This document shows positions 7,845-18,442 of a stretch of 64,000 bases of DNA, piece by piece; the stretch's first letter is position 1, and every line of letters begins with the position of its first letter. The notes beneath the pieces are model-generated. The model was not told the DNA's origin, did no database searches, and was given only the letters and a program-made list of their open reading frames with translations. The DNA is from Burkholderiales bacterium. GTDB lineage: Bacteria; Pseudomonadota; Gammaproteobacteria; Burkholderiales; SG8-41. The DNA lies in NCBI GenBank assembly GCA_019749945.1, contig JAIEPF010000016.1:13596-77595 (forward strand), written 5' to 3'. The position numbers and the translations under genes are program-made.

Positions 7845-8413
7845 CAATCATTCCCCGCAGCGGGCTGCACGGGCTCTGCATACCGTGCCCTGACGCGCCG
7901 GCGCCACATCACCAGCAGCGGAATCACGATGGCGCTGGCGACGATATAGGCGAGCAGGATCAGCCAGGTGTTCATCTGCTGATCGGTTTCGTGCTTGAAA
8001 GTCTCGCGGTAGTCCATCAGCCGCTGCCCCTGCTGGTCGATCTGCCACGGCCGGTTGCCGAGGGCGGGATGCTGTTCGTACCACAGCGTGATTTCGCTGC
8101 CGCGGCGCAGTGCGCGGCTGGTGCGGGCATAGGCGCCGGGGTCGTTGCGGCGTCCGCTGTCGATGATGTATTCGGTGTCGGCGCCGCGCAGTTGCAGGTG
8201 CAGCGTGTACACATCGGGGCCGTGGCGGACGTGGCGCGAATCCTCGCTCAGGCGGTCGATGATGCCCGAGACCTGGGTCAGGTCGTCGCGGCCGGGGATG
8301 GACTGGTTCTGCAGCGCGAGGTTGGCCATCACAATGCCGAACACCAGCCAGAGCATTGCAAAAATCTCGGGGCGGTAGCGTTTGACGAATTCAGAGTCGC
8401 GGAGGCTGGTCAT
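7838..8413 (-). CDS. Hypothetical membrane protein
   Basis: 191 aa from ATG 8413, with predicted N- and C-terminal hydrophobic helices. The longer 303-aa ORF extension looks non-coding. Confidence 0.55.
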   Translation of the reverse strand: MTSLRDSEFVKRYRPEIFAMLWLVFGIVMANLALQNQSIPGRDDLTQVSGIIDRLSEDSRHVRHGPDVYTLHLQLRGADTEYIIDSGRRNDPGAYARTSRALRRGSEITLWYEQHPALGNRPWQIDQQGQRLMDYRETFKHETDQQMNTWLILLAYIVASAIVIPLLVMWRRRVRARYAEPVQPAAGNDCK

Positions 8414-8763
8414 CGGTCTGTGCTCAGCGGCTGCGTTCGGCCGGGCGGGCTTGGCCGCGGCAGTCGGCCTGGGTGTCGCGGGCGGAATCAGGCAAGGCAG
8501 CCCCCTGAAAACATGAATTGAATCAATTTCTTGTAAGGGATCCCGGGTTTGGCATCCAGCCTGGCGTTTCAGTTGGCAAAGTACTGACCCGGTTGTTATC
8601 GAGGGCCTGGACGGCACGGGGTGCGCGCAGGCACAAACGAGAATACACGGGATGCCATGGCTTGTGCTCGTGTGATCAACGGATGATTCCGCAATGTGTG
8701 GGGGCGTATGCCGGTAAGATGGGTCCTTGCGGCGGCAGTGGCGGGGCATAACGGGAGGCGCAG

Positions 8764-9405
8764 ATGGAATTTCTGAACATGATGGGCAGTCAAGGCGTCC
8801 GGCTGTGGCTGGCGCAGGCGACGGTGCTGTTTTTTCTGATGGGCGGTGTTGTGCTGCTGGGCATCGGCGTCAGTCTGCTCGTCAACAGCGCGCGGGCCCT
8901 GCGCTTTTTCGGCAGCATGAACCGCTGGGTGTCGATGCGCAGCGCGTCGAGGCCGCTGGAGATTCCCCGCGATACCCGGCAGGCGGTGCAGCAATACCGT
9001 TACTGGCTGGCGGCGGTTTTTGTCGCCGGCGGCGTGTTTGCGGTATTCAGCCTGCTCACCCAGTTCAAGGCCGCCGCAGTGGTGAACCTGTTCGGCCTCG
9101 ATTTCATGCGGCCGGCAGTCGCGGGCTGGCTGGTCGACAGCCTGCGCTGGATGCTGATCGCCGGCAACCTCGCCGCTGTGGTGGCCGGCATCATGCTCGC
9201 TTTTTTCCCCGATGCCGTGGTTGCGCTGGAAGCGCGCGGCAGCCACTGGTATTCGGAGCGCAAGATCACCAAGGGCGCCGATGACATGAACACCCGGCTC
9301 GATGCCTGGGTGACGGTTTATCCGCGGGCGGCGGGCGGCATCATCGTGGTTTTTGCGCTGGCGCTGATCGGCGCGTTCGGACTGATCCTGCCGAAGGTCT
9401 GGTAA
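8764..9405 (+). CDS. Hypothetical multi-pass membrane protein
   Basis: 213 aa with about 5 hydrophobic segments. GGGAGG lies upstream of the ATG. Confidence 0.6.
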   Translation: MEFLNMMGSQGVRLWLAQATVLFFLMGGVVLLGIGVSLLVNSARALRFFGSMNRWVSMRSASRPLEIPRDTRQAVQQYRYWLAAVFVAGGVFAVFSLLTQFKAAAVVNLFGLDFMRPAVAGWLVDSLRWMLIAGNLAAVVAGIMLAFFPDAVVALEARGSHWYSERKITKGADDMNTRLDAWVTVYPRAAGGIIVVFALALIGAFGLILPKVW

Positions 9406-9533
9406 ACCTGCTGCGTTACACCACGCGGCCCTTAAGTTCGGTAGCGAACTGACGCGGTTTCCCGCAGCGGGCAGGGTTGCTGTCCGGGCAGACGGAGCGG
9501 GGAGCGTACTGCCGCCAGCAAGGAGCCGCCACT

Positions 9534-9812
9534 ATGGAAACAAAACCGTTTGAAATGCGCGAACGCAAGGAAAGGCGCGCGCTTCCCGTGCGGCGCGCAA
9601 CCATTGACCAATTGACCGAGCAACTTTTTGTGGTGCAGAAGATCGGCCAATGGCTCGCGCGTGAAACCCACGGTGATGCCTATGTCCAAATCCGGGAACT
9701 GAACGAACTCTTTCACCAGGCGAACATTCAGCTGCGCCGGATCAAAAATGGCGCGGGTGCAAACAAGCGCTTGCCCTCATCCGGCGCAGCGTCTCAATTC
9801 ATGCCGGGTTGA
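9534..9812 (+). CDS. Hypothetical small protein
   Basis: 92 aa from ATG 9534, preceded by AAGGAG at 8-nt spacing. No family recognised. Confidence 0.35.
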   Translation: METKPFEMRERKERRALPVRRATIDQLTEQLFVVQKIGQWLARETHGDAYVQIRELNELFHQANIQLRRIKNGAGANKRLPSSGAASQFMPG

Positions 9813-10437
9813 TATTGTTTCGGGCCCTTTTGCCGTGCCCGGTGGTGCTGAAGGATGTGCGTGCCGCCAGCCGTGCGGCGAGCCGCGCCAGCGCCGGGTG
9901 TGATCCGCGCCATGCGTAATCCGGCAGCGCGAAGTCGAGATAACCCAGCGCGTAACCGGTGCTGATGTCGGCCAGCGTCAGGCGGCCGCCAAAACACCAG
10001 TCCTTGGTCCCCAGATCTTTTTCCAGCAACGCGAGACCGCGGTCTATTTTTGACTGCTGCTTGGCAAACCATGCGGCGGAGCGCTGCTTCTCCGCCGGTT
10101 CGCGGTATTCGTGGTTGATGGCAACGGTGGCTTCGGCGATGCCGTCGGCCAGCGCTTCCCAGCGTTTGACCTCGATGCGCGATTCAAAATCTTCCGGAAT
10201 CAGTTTCGCTCCGCTGCCGAAGGCATCCAGGTATTCGACGATCACCGGCGAGTCATACAGCGCGCGGCCGTCATCGCGTACCAGCGTCGGGATCTTGGCC
10301 AGAGGGTTGAACGCGGGCACCGGGGAATCCGGTGTCGAGGCGCGGGCGACGATGTACTCGCATGGAATGTTTTTTTCTGCAACAAACACGCGCACCTTGC
10401 GCACAAACGGGCTTCCCGGCGTGCCGAACAGTTTCAT
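9799..10437 (-). CDS. Glutathione S-transferase
   Basis: GST N-terminal thioredoxin-like pattern (MKLFGTPGSPFVRKVR...IPTLVRDDGRALYDSPVIVEYL) and matching length. Confidence 0.85.
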   Translation of the reverse strand: MKLFGTPGSPFVRKVRVFVAEKNIPCEYIVARASTPDSPVPAFNPLAKIPTLVRDDGRALYDSPVIVEYLDAFGSGAKLIPEDFESRIEVKRWEALADGIAEATVAINHEYREPAEKQRSAAWFAKQQSKIDRGLALLEKDLGTKDWCFGGRLTLADISTGYALGYLDFALPDYAWRGSHPALARLAARLAARTSFSTTGHGKRARNNINPA

Positions 10438-10571
10438 GTGACCTCCTCCAGTGGAGCGGGGATTCTAACGTCCACGCAGGCCGGGGCCGGTGGAGGCTGG
10501 CCGCGTGCTGCAAGCCACGCTAAGATGTGCGGCCCCGGGCTGGGTCGGCCCGGCCCCATCAGGGAGGCGGC

Positions 10572-10787
10572 ATGGAAACCCTTTACAAGTGGCGTGTTCA
10601 GGAAAAAGATCCGCGTGGCCGCGTGCGCTGGCGTCTTGTCAAAGCGCCGATGACCGAAGACACCGCCCGGTTCTGGGCGGCGAACAACAACAAGGTGATT
10701 GAGCGTATTGATGCGCTGAGCCCGGCGCAGCAGAGGCCGCAGCCGGGCACGGCCATCAATCCCGGCGTGTCGATGAAACTGCGCTGA
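10572..10787 (+). CDS. Hypothetical small protein
   Basis: 71 aa from ATG 10572, preceded by GGGAGG. No family recognised. Confidence 0.35.
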   Translation: METLYKWRVQEKDPRGRVRWRLVKAPMTEDTARFWAANNNKVIERIDALSPAQQRPQPGTAINPGVSMKLR

Positions 10788-10814
10788 GCGCGCGATCCGC
10801 CGTTCCCGCGGGCG

Positions 10815-11777
10815 TCAGCGCCTGGGGATGATCTCGTCCAGTCCCACGCCTTCGAGCGCGCCGAACAGCGCGGCGAGTTTCTGGCGGTCTGCATCCGGCA
10901 GCGGCGGCTGCAGGATGGCGTTGATGTTGGGAGCCAGGTGATCGGGATTGCCGGTGCCGAACAGCACGACATTGGCGCCGGGTTCGTGCCGCGCATAGCG
11001 ATAGGCGGCTTCGATGATGCTGCGCGCGCCCTGATCGTGCAGCAGGAAGTCCAGCGGGTTTTTCTTTTCGGCGAGCCATTTCGGCACCTTGCCCGCTGCC
11101 GCGAGTTCGGTGATGTCCTGCTGCAGGCGGCCCGGCACGCTGAAAATGGCGCGCACCGCGAACATCAGCAGCGTGCCGATGTTTTTGGCCTGTGTCGCCG
11201 GAAACACGCGTTGCCGCGCGTTCTGGTTGAGCATGTGGAAGGCCACCATTATCACGTCCCAGCAATCGTCGCTGAGCGCGCGGGCGAGCATGTCGTGCCG
11301 CGGATCGCGTCCGGCGAACTCGGTGATGCCGAGAAAACGGAACTTGCCTTTTTCCTTTTCGCGCAGCAGCGGCGGCACGATCTCGGCCAGCACGCGGTCG
11401 TATTCCTGCGGCAGCACGGTGTGCAGGCAGAACACATCGACATGGTCGGTGCCCAGCACCCGCAGCGAGCGGTCAAGCCCGGCGAGGACTTCCGCGACTG
11501 AGGCGATGCCGCTTTCACGCGATGCCACTTTGAGTTTGGTGGAGATGACCACAGAGTCGCGCGCGCGGTCCTTGATCGCTTTGCCGACGGCGGCTTCGGT
11601 GCCGTAGTGCTGCGCGGTGTCGATGAAGCTGATGCCGAGGTCGAGCGCGCGGCGCACGATGTCGACCGCATGCGCTTCGCTGTGGCCGGTGCCGAGGCCG
11701 AGTTTGCTGTTGCCGCCGCAGCCGAGGCCGGCGACGCTGACCTGGAGGCCGCTGCGGCCGAGGGTGGTGTATTGCAT
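10815..11777 (-). CDS. Aldo/keto reductase
   Basis: The segments LGRSGLQVSVAGLGCG and IDTAQHYGTE are typical AKR N-terminal motifs. Confidence 0.85.
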   Translation of the reverse strand: MQYTTLGRSGLQVSVAGLGCGGNSKLGLGTGHSEAHAVDIVRRALDLGISFIDTAQHYGTEAAVGKAIKDRARDSVVISTKLKVASRESGIASVAEVLAGLDRSLRVLGTDHVDVFCLHTVLPQEYDRVLAEIVPPLLREKEKGKFRFLGITEFAGRDPRHDMLARALSDDCWDVIMVAFHMLNQNARQRVFPATQAKNIGTLLMFAVRAIFSVPGRLQQDITELAAAGKVPKWLAEKKNPLDFLLHDQGARSIIEAAYRYARHEPGANVVLFGTGNPDHLAPNINAILQPPLPDADRQKLAALFGALEGVGLDEIIPRR

Positions 11778-11794
11778 AAGTCGTTTATAAAAAA

Positions 11795-11815
11795 ATTAAT
11801 AAAAACAATAACTTA
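11795..11815 (+). repeat. AT-rich motif variant ATTAATAAAAACAATAACTTA
   Basis: 18 of 21 positions identical to the 62557 copy. Intergenic. Confidence 0.45.
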
Positions 11816-11865
11816 TGAGTATACACCCTCTGCGCCCGCGGTGCCGGGCCTGTGCCGTGTCGAAC

Positions 11866-12840
11866 TTAATCCGCAGTGATCCCCGCCGCCTTGACCACCT
11901 TGCCCCATTTCGCGATTTCGCTTTTGATGTGCGCGGCGAATTGTTCCGGTGTGTTGCCGACGGCTTCCGAGCCGTCGGCGGCGAGGCGTTCGGCGGCCGC
12001 CGGCGAACGCAGGATGGCGACGATCTCGGTGTTGAGGCGGTTGATGATGTCGGCCGGTGTTTTTGCCGGGGCGAGGATGCCGTACCAGCCGCTGACGTCG
12101 TAGCCGGGGAATCCGGATTCGGCGACGGTGGGCACGCCCGGCGCGACCTGTGCGCGTTTGGCGGAGGACACCGCCAGCGCGCGCAGCTTGCCGGCATTGA
12201 CCTGCGGCATGCCCGACACCACGGTCGAGTACAACAGCGAGACATGGCCGCCGACGATGTCGGTGATCGCGGGCACGATGCCCTTGTACGGCACATGCAC
12301 CATGTTGATGCTGGCGCTGGTCTTCAGCAGCTCGAAGCCGAGGTGGCCCAGGGTGCCGGCGCCCGATGACGCGTAATTGATCTGTCCCGGCCGCATGCGC
12401 GCCAGCGCCACCAGTTCCCTGACGTTTTTCGCCGGCAGCGACGGATGCGCGAGCATCACGTAGGGCTGCGCGGTGGCCATGGTGACCGGTGCGAAGTCGG
12501 TGATGGAGTCGTAGGGCAGGTTGCGGCGCAGGCTGGGGTTGACGCTGTGCGTCGCGCTGACAATGGCGATGGTGTAGCCGTCGGCTGCGGCCTTGGCGGT
12601 CAGTTCGACGCCGATGATGCCGCCGGCGCCGGCGCGGTTTTCATGCACCACCGGCTGGCCGAATTTTTCCGCGAGCCGGCTGCCGATCATGCGCGCCACG
12701 GTGTCGGTGGCGGAGCCCGCCGATTGCGGGATGATGAAACGGATGGCGCGCGTCGGATAGTTTTGCGCCTGTGCCGCCGCGGCGCACAGGCTGCCGCAGG
12801 CGATCAGCGTGATGGCGACGGCGCGATGGATGATGGTCAT
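11866..12840 (-). CDS. Bug family (TctC-like) tripartite tricarboxylate transporter substrate-binding protein
   Basis: Signal peptide followed by QNYPTRAIRFIIPQSAGSATD. Length and C-terminus are typical of Bug proteins. Confidence 0.9.
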   Translation of the reverse strand: MTIIHRAVAITLIACGSLCAAAAQAQNYPTRAIRFIIPQSAGSATDTVARMIGSRLAEKFGQPVVHENRAGAGGIIGVELTAKAAADGYTIAIVSATHSVNPSLRRNLPYDSITDFAPVTMATAQPYVMLAHPSLPAKNVRELVALARMRPGQINYASSGAGTLGHLGFELLKTSASINMVHVPYKGIVPAITDIVGGHVSLLYSTVVSGMPQVNAGKLRALAVSSAKRAQVAPGVPTVAESGFPGYDVSGWYGILAPAKTPADIINRLNTEIVAILRSPAAAERLAADGSEAVGNTPEQFAAHIKSEIAKWGKVVKAAGITAD

Positions 12841-12867
12841 GGTGACTCCTCTCCGGGGTTTCCGGTT

Positions 12868-13858
12868 TTATTCAGGCTTGATGCCGGCGGTCTGGATCAC
12901 CTTCGACCATTTCGCCGATTCGGTCTGGATCACCTTGCGGAATTCTTCCGGGGTGCTGCCGATGACATCGGTGCCCTGGCCGGCCATGCGTTTTTTGACC
13001 TCGGGCTGCTGCGTGATCTTGACCAGCTCGGCATGCAGTTGTTTGATGATCGGCGCGGGCACTTTGACCGGCGCGACAATGCCATGCCAGGACGTGGATT
13101 GATAACCGGGGAATCCGCTTTCGGCGATGGTCGGGATGTCGGGTGCCGCGATGGAGCGTTTGGCGCTGGTCACACCGAGGCCGCGCAGCCGGCCGTTGGC
13201 GACAAACGGCGTCGCCGGCAGCAGGTTGATGAACATGAACTGGACCTGGCCGGAGAGCACGTCGTTCATGCCGACGCCGCTGCCCTTGTACGGGATGTGC
13301 ACGACATCGATGCCGGACAACATGCGAAAGAGTTCGCCGGAGAAATGGTTGCCGGTGCCGACGCCGCCTGAAGCGAAGTTCATTTTGCCGGGCTGGGATT
13401 TCGCCAGCGCCACCAGCTCCTTCACCGATTTGGCGGGCACATTGGGATTCACCACCAGCAGATACGGCGTTTCGGTGAGCAGCGAGATCGGTGCAAAGTC
13501 ACGCAGCGGTTCATACGGCAGTTTCAGGTAGAGGCCGGGGTTGATCGACATGGTGCCGGGTGGCCTGCATCAGGGTGTAGCCGTCGGGCGCGGCATTTTT
13601 GGCGATTTCACAGGCGATGTTGCCGGCGGCGCCGCCGCGGTTGTCGATCACCACCTGCTGGCCGAGGGATTCGCCGAGTTTTTGCGCAAACATGCGGCCG
13701 ACGATGTCGCTGGGGCCGCCGGGCGGGAAGGGCAGCATCAGCCGGATCGGACGATCGGGATAAGCGCCGGCTGCCGTTGCGGTTCCTGCGAACAGCGCGG
13801 CTGCGATCACAACGGCAATACGGGACAGGCATGCAAACGAACTCATCAATACCTCCAT
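12868..13858 (-). pseudogene. Bug family binding protein interrupted by a frameshift
   Basis: The N-terminal 115-aa ORF and C-terminal 227-aa ORF are in different frames. Together they rebuild one Bug protein. The shift maps to the GGG run near 13557. Confidence 0.75.
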
Positions 13859-13870
13859 GGCTGGATTGTT

Positions 13871-14548
13871 TTATGCCGGCGGCCAGATGCGGCGGCCGAC
13901 GGCGGGTGAATACGGGGCATGGGTCAGCTGCGGCACCACGCGACCCATCCAGGTGTCCGGGTCGTCGCGTTCGGCTTCGTGCGGAGCGAAAAACCGTTCG
14001 CGCAGTTCGAGGCTGCTGAACTCGTGCAGTATGGCGTGTTTGTAGAGTCCGACCGTCGCCAGCATTTTGCGCGCACCGACGCAGCCGGGCAGTTTCATCA
14101 GCAGCGGAAACCGCTGCTGCGCGTACCAGCCGCCGAGGTCGTCCTCGACGGCGGGCGTCGGCGCGTTGTAGTTGCCGATCTGCAGCACCGGCGCGGGAGC
14201 CAGGCCGGGGCCGCGCCTGGCGGCATCGGGGCCATAGATGCGCGTCTCTTCGGCGAGAATGCAGGCGGCGGGCTGCTGCCGCATGCCGATGAATGCTCGG
14301 GTCTCGGCACTTTGCCGTGATGCAAGCTGGCCGGGGCTGGGATTGAGGAAGCTGTGCGTGGTTTCGCCGCCGAACAAGGCAAGATAACCCCTGCCGCGTC
14401 CGCCGTGGCCGAGTTCATAGTGCGCGGCCCATTGATAACCGGGGCGGGCGAGTTTTTCCGGGATGTGCACGCGATGAAACCAGTCGCAGTATTCCACGCG
14501 CTGTTGTGCGGCGATGTCGTACCAGATTGCCCAGATGCCGTGATCCAT
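13871..14548 (-). CDS. Hypothetical protein (two similar ~100-aa halves)
   Basis: 225 aa from ATG 14548. No confident family assignment. Confidence 0.5.
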   Translation of the reverse strand: MDHGIWAIWYDIAAQQRVEYCDWFHRVHIPEKLARPGYQWAAHYELGHGGRGRGYLALFGGETTHSFLNPSPGQLASRQSAETRAFIGMRQQPAACILAEETRIYGPDAARRGPGLAPAPVLQIGNYNAPTPAVEDDLGGWYAQQRFPLLMKLPGCVGARKMLATVGLYKHAILHEFSSLELRERFFAPHEAERDDPDTWMGRVVPQLTHAPYSPAVGRRIWPPA

Positions 14549-14629
14549 GTGCGGCTTTTGCAGTTTTGCGGGTGCCACGGATTCCACGGCACTGCCGGAA
14601 GCGGGCGGCTGCAGCGCCGCCCGCAATGT

Positions 14630-15106
14630 TCAGGAGAGTGTCAGTTCGAAGCTGGCGCGCAAGGTGTCGTGGTCGAGCAGTGTCCGCGCATGAACGCTGT
14701 TGCCGGTGTCACCGCCGCGCTCGAAATGCAGTTCGGCGTAATGGGGCCCGCCCGCCGGGGGCGTCACATAAACATGCATCGGCTGGAGGCCGTCGGCGGA
14801 CTGATGCGGGGCATCGCTGCTGAAAACAAAGCGGCCGTCGGCATCGCTGATCGCGCCGCAGCGGTCGATGCCGGGTTTGCCGCACATGGGCCAGGCGAGG
14901 ACCGCGGCGCCGGCGAGCGGTCGTCCATCGGCTGCAATGAGGCGTCCGGAGACGACCATCGTAGTGGCGTGGGGCGCGGCAGCGCAATTCGCGGGCGCGG
15001 CACGGGCGGTGCGCGTGGCCGCAAACCAGGCGGCGGGGACCGCGGCCATGGCGGTGCCGGCGATCATCAGCTGTCTGCGCTGCAGCGATATCAAATCAGG
15101 TTTCAT
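14630..15106 (-). CDS. Tat-signal exported protein, beta-sandwich (dioxygenase/carboxypeptidase-regulatory-like)
   Basis: Twin-arginine motif LQRRQLMIAG, then VSGRLIAADGRPLAGAAV...DADGRFVF. Confidence 0.5.
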   Translation of the reverse strand: MKPDLISLQRRQLMIAGTAMAAVPAAWFAATRTARAAPANCAAAPHATTMVVSGRLIAADGRPLAGAAVLAWPMCGKPGIDRCGAISDADGRFVFSSDAPHQSADGLQPMHVYVTPPAGGPHYAELHFERGGDTGNSVHARTLLDHDTLRASFELTLS

Positions 15107-15404
15107 CTGCGCATCCTCACGGTATCGTTGTCCGTTTCTTCGCCCCTTGCCGAAAGCTCGGGAACACCGCACTGCTGCGCCATCATACGCCGCGCTTGTG
15201 CTTGCGGGTAAGTTTGCGTGCGGCCGGTTCGAGGCTTAAGATATCGTCATATAAAGCGACGATCTGCTGCCAGAGGATCGCGCGGTGTCCCGGGGAACGC
15301 CAGAACAATAATAATTCGAAAACATCTCGAAAAATAAGCGGTTATTGCCGACAGATTTGGACGCCGGCATTTAACTCCGGTGTTCACGTCAGCGAGGGAC
15401 CACC

Positions 15405-16337
15405 ATGAAGCTCATGTATTTCAACGATTTCCGCCTGGGCGTACTGAAGGGTGACAACGTCGTCGATGTCACGACTGCGGTACAGAATATTCCACATACC
15501 GGGCCCGGCAACCTGATCAACGGTGTCATCGAACGCTGGGCTGATGTGCGCGGCGCGCTTGAACGCGCCGCCGCATCCGGCAGCGGCCTGCCGGTGAGCC
15601 AGGTCAAGATCCGTCCGCCGCTGCCCAAACCCGTCAACGTCGATTGCATGGCCGTCAATTACATGGAAGACGGCACGCGCAAGGAGCCGGCGCCGATCAA
15701 TGCCTTCCACAAGTCGCCGGGCTGCATCATCGGCCACGGCGACACCATGGTGATGCCGGATATTCCGATTTCGATTCTCGAGGGCGAGGCCGAGATGGCG
15801 GTGGTGATCGGCAAGCGCGCGCGCAACGTGCCGGCGGCAAAGGCGATGGAGCATGTCTTCGGCTACGTCAATTTCATCGACGGCTCGGCGCGCGATGCGA
15901 CCAAGCTTGGCAATTCTTTTTACCAGGTGAAGTCCCGGGATACTTTTGCACCCATCGGCCCGTATCTGGTCACCGCCGACGAAATCAAGGATCCGCTCAG
16001 GCTGCAGGTGCGGCTGTGGGTCAACGGGGTGATCAAGCAGAACTACAACACCAGCGACATGGCGCACAAGATCGACCGCTGCATCGAGTGGATCTCAGGC
16101 ATCCATGACCTGGAGCCGGGCGACATCCTCGCCACCGGCACCAATCACCGCGGGCTGTCGAGTTTCCAGGACGGCGACACTGTCGATCTGGAAGTGGAGG
16201 GGCTGGGCAGGCTGACGATCAGGGTGCGCGACGACCTGAAGCGCACCTGGGCGCGGGAAACCCGTCTCGAGCGCGAGCAGAAGGGCCTCAAGGGGTATAC
16301 GCCGCAGCTGAGCGGGAAATACGCGCCCACCGCCTGA
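15405..16337 (+). CDS. Fumarylacetoacetate hydrolase family protein
   Basis: 310 aa with the FAH-family core (GEAEMAVVIGKRA...FIDGSARD). Confidence 0.85.
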   Translation: MKLMYFNDFRLGVLKGDNVVDVTTAVQNIPHTGPGNLINGVIERWADVRGALERAAASGSGLPVSQVKIRPPLPKPVNVDCMAVNYMEDGTRKEPAPINAFHKSPGCIIGHGDTMVMPDIPISILEGEAEMAVVIGKRARNVPAAKAMEHVFGYVNFIDGSARDATKLGNSFYQVKSRDTFAPIGPYLVTADEIKDPLRLQVRLWVNGVIKQNYNTSDMAHKIDRCIEWISGIHDLEPGDILATGTNHRGLSSFQDGDTVDLEVEGLGRLTIRVRDDLKRTWARETRLEREQKGLKGYTPQLSGKYAPTA

Positions 16338-16461
16338 CTGCTGGCACAATGCCGGCTTGGGGGTGATGACCGTTTTGGGCCGATAGCCGGTTCCGTCGGG
16401 AACGGTCTGTCGGCCTTGTTTATTGATGGGCGCGGGCCTGTCGCAATCAAAGGGGAAGTGG

Positions 16462-17529
16462 ATGAGCATACGCAACACGGAGCACTGCTGCGCGGACGAT
16501 GGCGGCATCATTTTTACAGGCTGCAACATGAGCAATGCCGCGCAGGGACAGGCCGGCGGACGGCGCCGGCAGGTGATGGTCGGCGGCAAGCGCGTCAAAA
16601 CCATCGATGTACACGCGCATTGCGTGGTGGGCGAGGCGCTGGCGCTGCTCGGCATGAAGGTTGCGGACCAGCGCGGTCCGGGCATCGGCGACGTCGGTTC
16701 GCGGCGCATCGCCGAAATGGACGAGCAGGGCATCGACATCGAGGCACTGAGCATCAATCCCGTCTGGTATCACGCCAAGCGCGATGTGGCGGAAGAGGTG
16801 GTGCGCATCCAGAACGAAAAACTGGCTGAATGGTGCGGCACCTATCCCGACCGCTTTGTCGCCTATGCCTCGGTGGCTTTGCAGTTTCCGGAGCTGGCGG
16901 CGCAGCAGCTTGAGCATGCGGTGAAAAAGCTCGGACTGCGTGGCGCCGCGGTCGGCACCAGCATACCGGGCAAGGAGTTTTCGGATCCCTTCCTGCACCC
17001 GTTCTGGAAAAAAGCCGAGGAACTCGGGGTGCTGATTTTTATCCACCCGCGCAGCACGCCGGAACTGGAGCCGCGCTTCAAGGGCAACGGCTGGCTTTCG
17101 AACACCATCGGCAATCCGCTCGATACCACCATCGCGCTGTCACACCTGATTTTCGACGGCACGCTCGACCGTTTCCCCGGCCTGAAAATCTGCTCCGCAC
17201 ATGGCGGCGGTTACCTGCCGTCGTATGCGCCGCGTTCGGACAACGCCCTGCGCGTCGCCCCCGAGATGGACACCGGCGTCAAGCTGAAGAAAAAACCGAC
17301 CGAGTATTTGCGTGACATGTATTACGACACGCTGGTGTTCACCGACGAAGCGCTGCGCCATCTGGCGGCGGAAGTCGGCGTCGACAAGCTGGTCATCGGC
17401 ACCGACCACCCGATTCCGTGGCAGGCCGATTCGGTCAATCACATTCTCAATGCGCCGGGATTTACCGACGCCGAGCGCCGCATGATGCTGAGCGAGACGG
17501 CGGCAAAGCTGCTGGGCATTCCCCTTTGA
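16462..17529 (+). CDS. Amidohydrolase 2 family (ACMSD-like decarboxylase/hydrolase)
   Basis: IDVHAHC metal-binding motif near the N-terminus and GTDHP near the C-terminus. The start is uncertain (16423, 16462 or 16528). Confidence 0.8.
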   Translation: MSIRNTEHCCADDGGIIFTGCNMSNAAQGQAGGRRRQVMVGGKRVKTIDVHAHCVVGEALALLGMKVADQRGPGIGDVGSRRIAEMDEQGIDIEALSINPVWYHAKRDVAEEVVRIQNEKLAEWCGTYPDRFVAYASVALQFPELAAQQLEHAVKKLGLRGAAVGTSIPGKEFSDPFLHPFWKKAEELGVLIFIHPRSTPELEPRFKGNGWLSNTIGNPLDTTIALSHLIFDGTLDRFPGLKICSAHGGGYLPSYAPRSDNALRVAPEMDTGVKLKKKPTEYLRDMYYDTLVFTDEALRHLAAEVGVDKLVIGTDHPIPWQADSVNHILNAPGFTDAERRMMLSETAAKLLGIPL

Positions 17530-17551
17530 TTTTTCCGAACTGGAGCCTGTC

Positions 17552-18442
17552 ATGGAGCGCAAAAAAGCAAGCGATTTTCCGCCGGAAGTGCTGAAACTGT
17601 TTGACGGTTACGTGCATGGCCAGCTGGACCGGCGCGAGTTTCTCGATCGCGCCGCGAAATTCGCGGTCGGCGCATTTACAGCGACCGCGATGCTGGAAAG
17701 CCTGAAGCCGAATTTCGCCTGGGCGCAGCAGGTGGCGAAGGACGACAAACGCATCAAGGCCGGTTACGCGGATTACGACTCCGCCACCGGTTCGGGAAAA
17801 ATGCGCGGCTATCTGGCGCAGCCGGCCGCCGCCGCCGGCAAGCTGCCGGCGGTGCTGGTGATCCATGAAAACCGCGGGCTCAATCCCTATATCGAAGATG
17901 TGGCGCGGCGTCTGGCGACGGCGAACTTCGTGGCTTTCGCGCCGGATGCCCTGGCGCCGCTCGGCGGTTACCCCGGTGACGAGGACAAGGCGCGTGCGAT
18001 GTTCGCCGGGCAGGATGCGAAAAAGCGCGAAGAGGATCTTTACAACGCCGGGCTGTATCTGAAATCACGGCCGGAAACCAACGGCAGGATGGGCGTGGTC
18101 GGATTCTGCTTCGGCGGCTACATCTGCAACCTGCTGGCTGTGCGCATGCCCGAACTCGCCGCCGCGGTGCCGTACTACGGCCGCCAGGTGCCCGCCGCCG
18201 ACGTGCCGAAGATCAAGGCGGCGTTGCTGCTGCACTTCGCCAGCGACGACGAAGGCGTCAACAAGACCTGGCCGGCATACGAAGAGGCTTTGAAGGCGAA
18301 CAAGATCCGTTACACGGCGCATGTCTATCCGAACACGCTGCACGGTTTTCACAACGACACGACACCGCGTTACGACGAGGCGGCGGCGAAACTGTCGTGG
18401 CAGCGCACCCTGGAGTTTTTCAACCAGCATCTGCGGGGTTGA
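17552..18442 (+). CDS. Dienelactone hydrolase family protein
   Basis: Tat-like leader (DRREFLDRAAKFAVGA), then VIHENRGLNPYIEDVARRLA and GFCFGG. Confidence 0.85.
   Translation: MERKKASDFPPEVLKLFDGYVHGQLDRREFLDRAAKFAVGAFTATAMLESLKPNFAWAQQVAKDDKRIKAGYADYDSATGSGKMRGYLAQPAAAAGKLPAVLVIHENRGLNPYIEDVARRLATANFVAFAPDALAPLGGYPGDEDKARAMFAGQDAKKREEDLYNAGLYLKSRPETNGRMGVVGFCFGGYICNLLAVRMPELAAAVPYYGRQVPAADVPKIKAALLLHFASDDEGVNKTWPAYEEALKANKIRYTAHVYPNTLHGFHNDTTPRYDEAAAKLSWQRTLEFFNQHLRG

Noticed and set aside
8516-8528. AATTGAaTCAATT palindrome in the 350-nt divergent region between two membrane-protein genes; sigma-54-like TGGCA strings nearby
   Set aside because: The palindrome is short. The TGGCA-containing strings fail the GG-N10-GC spacing of sigma-54 promoters when checked base by base.
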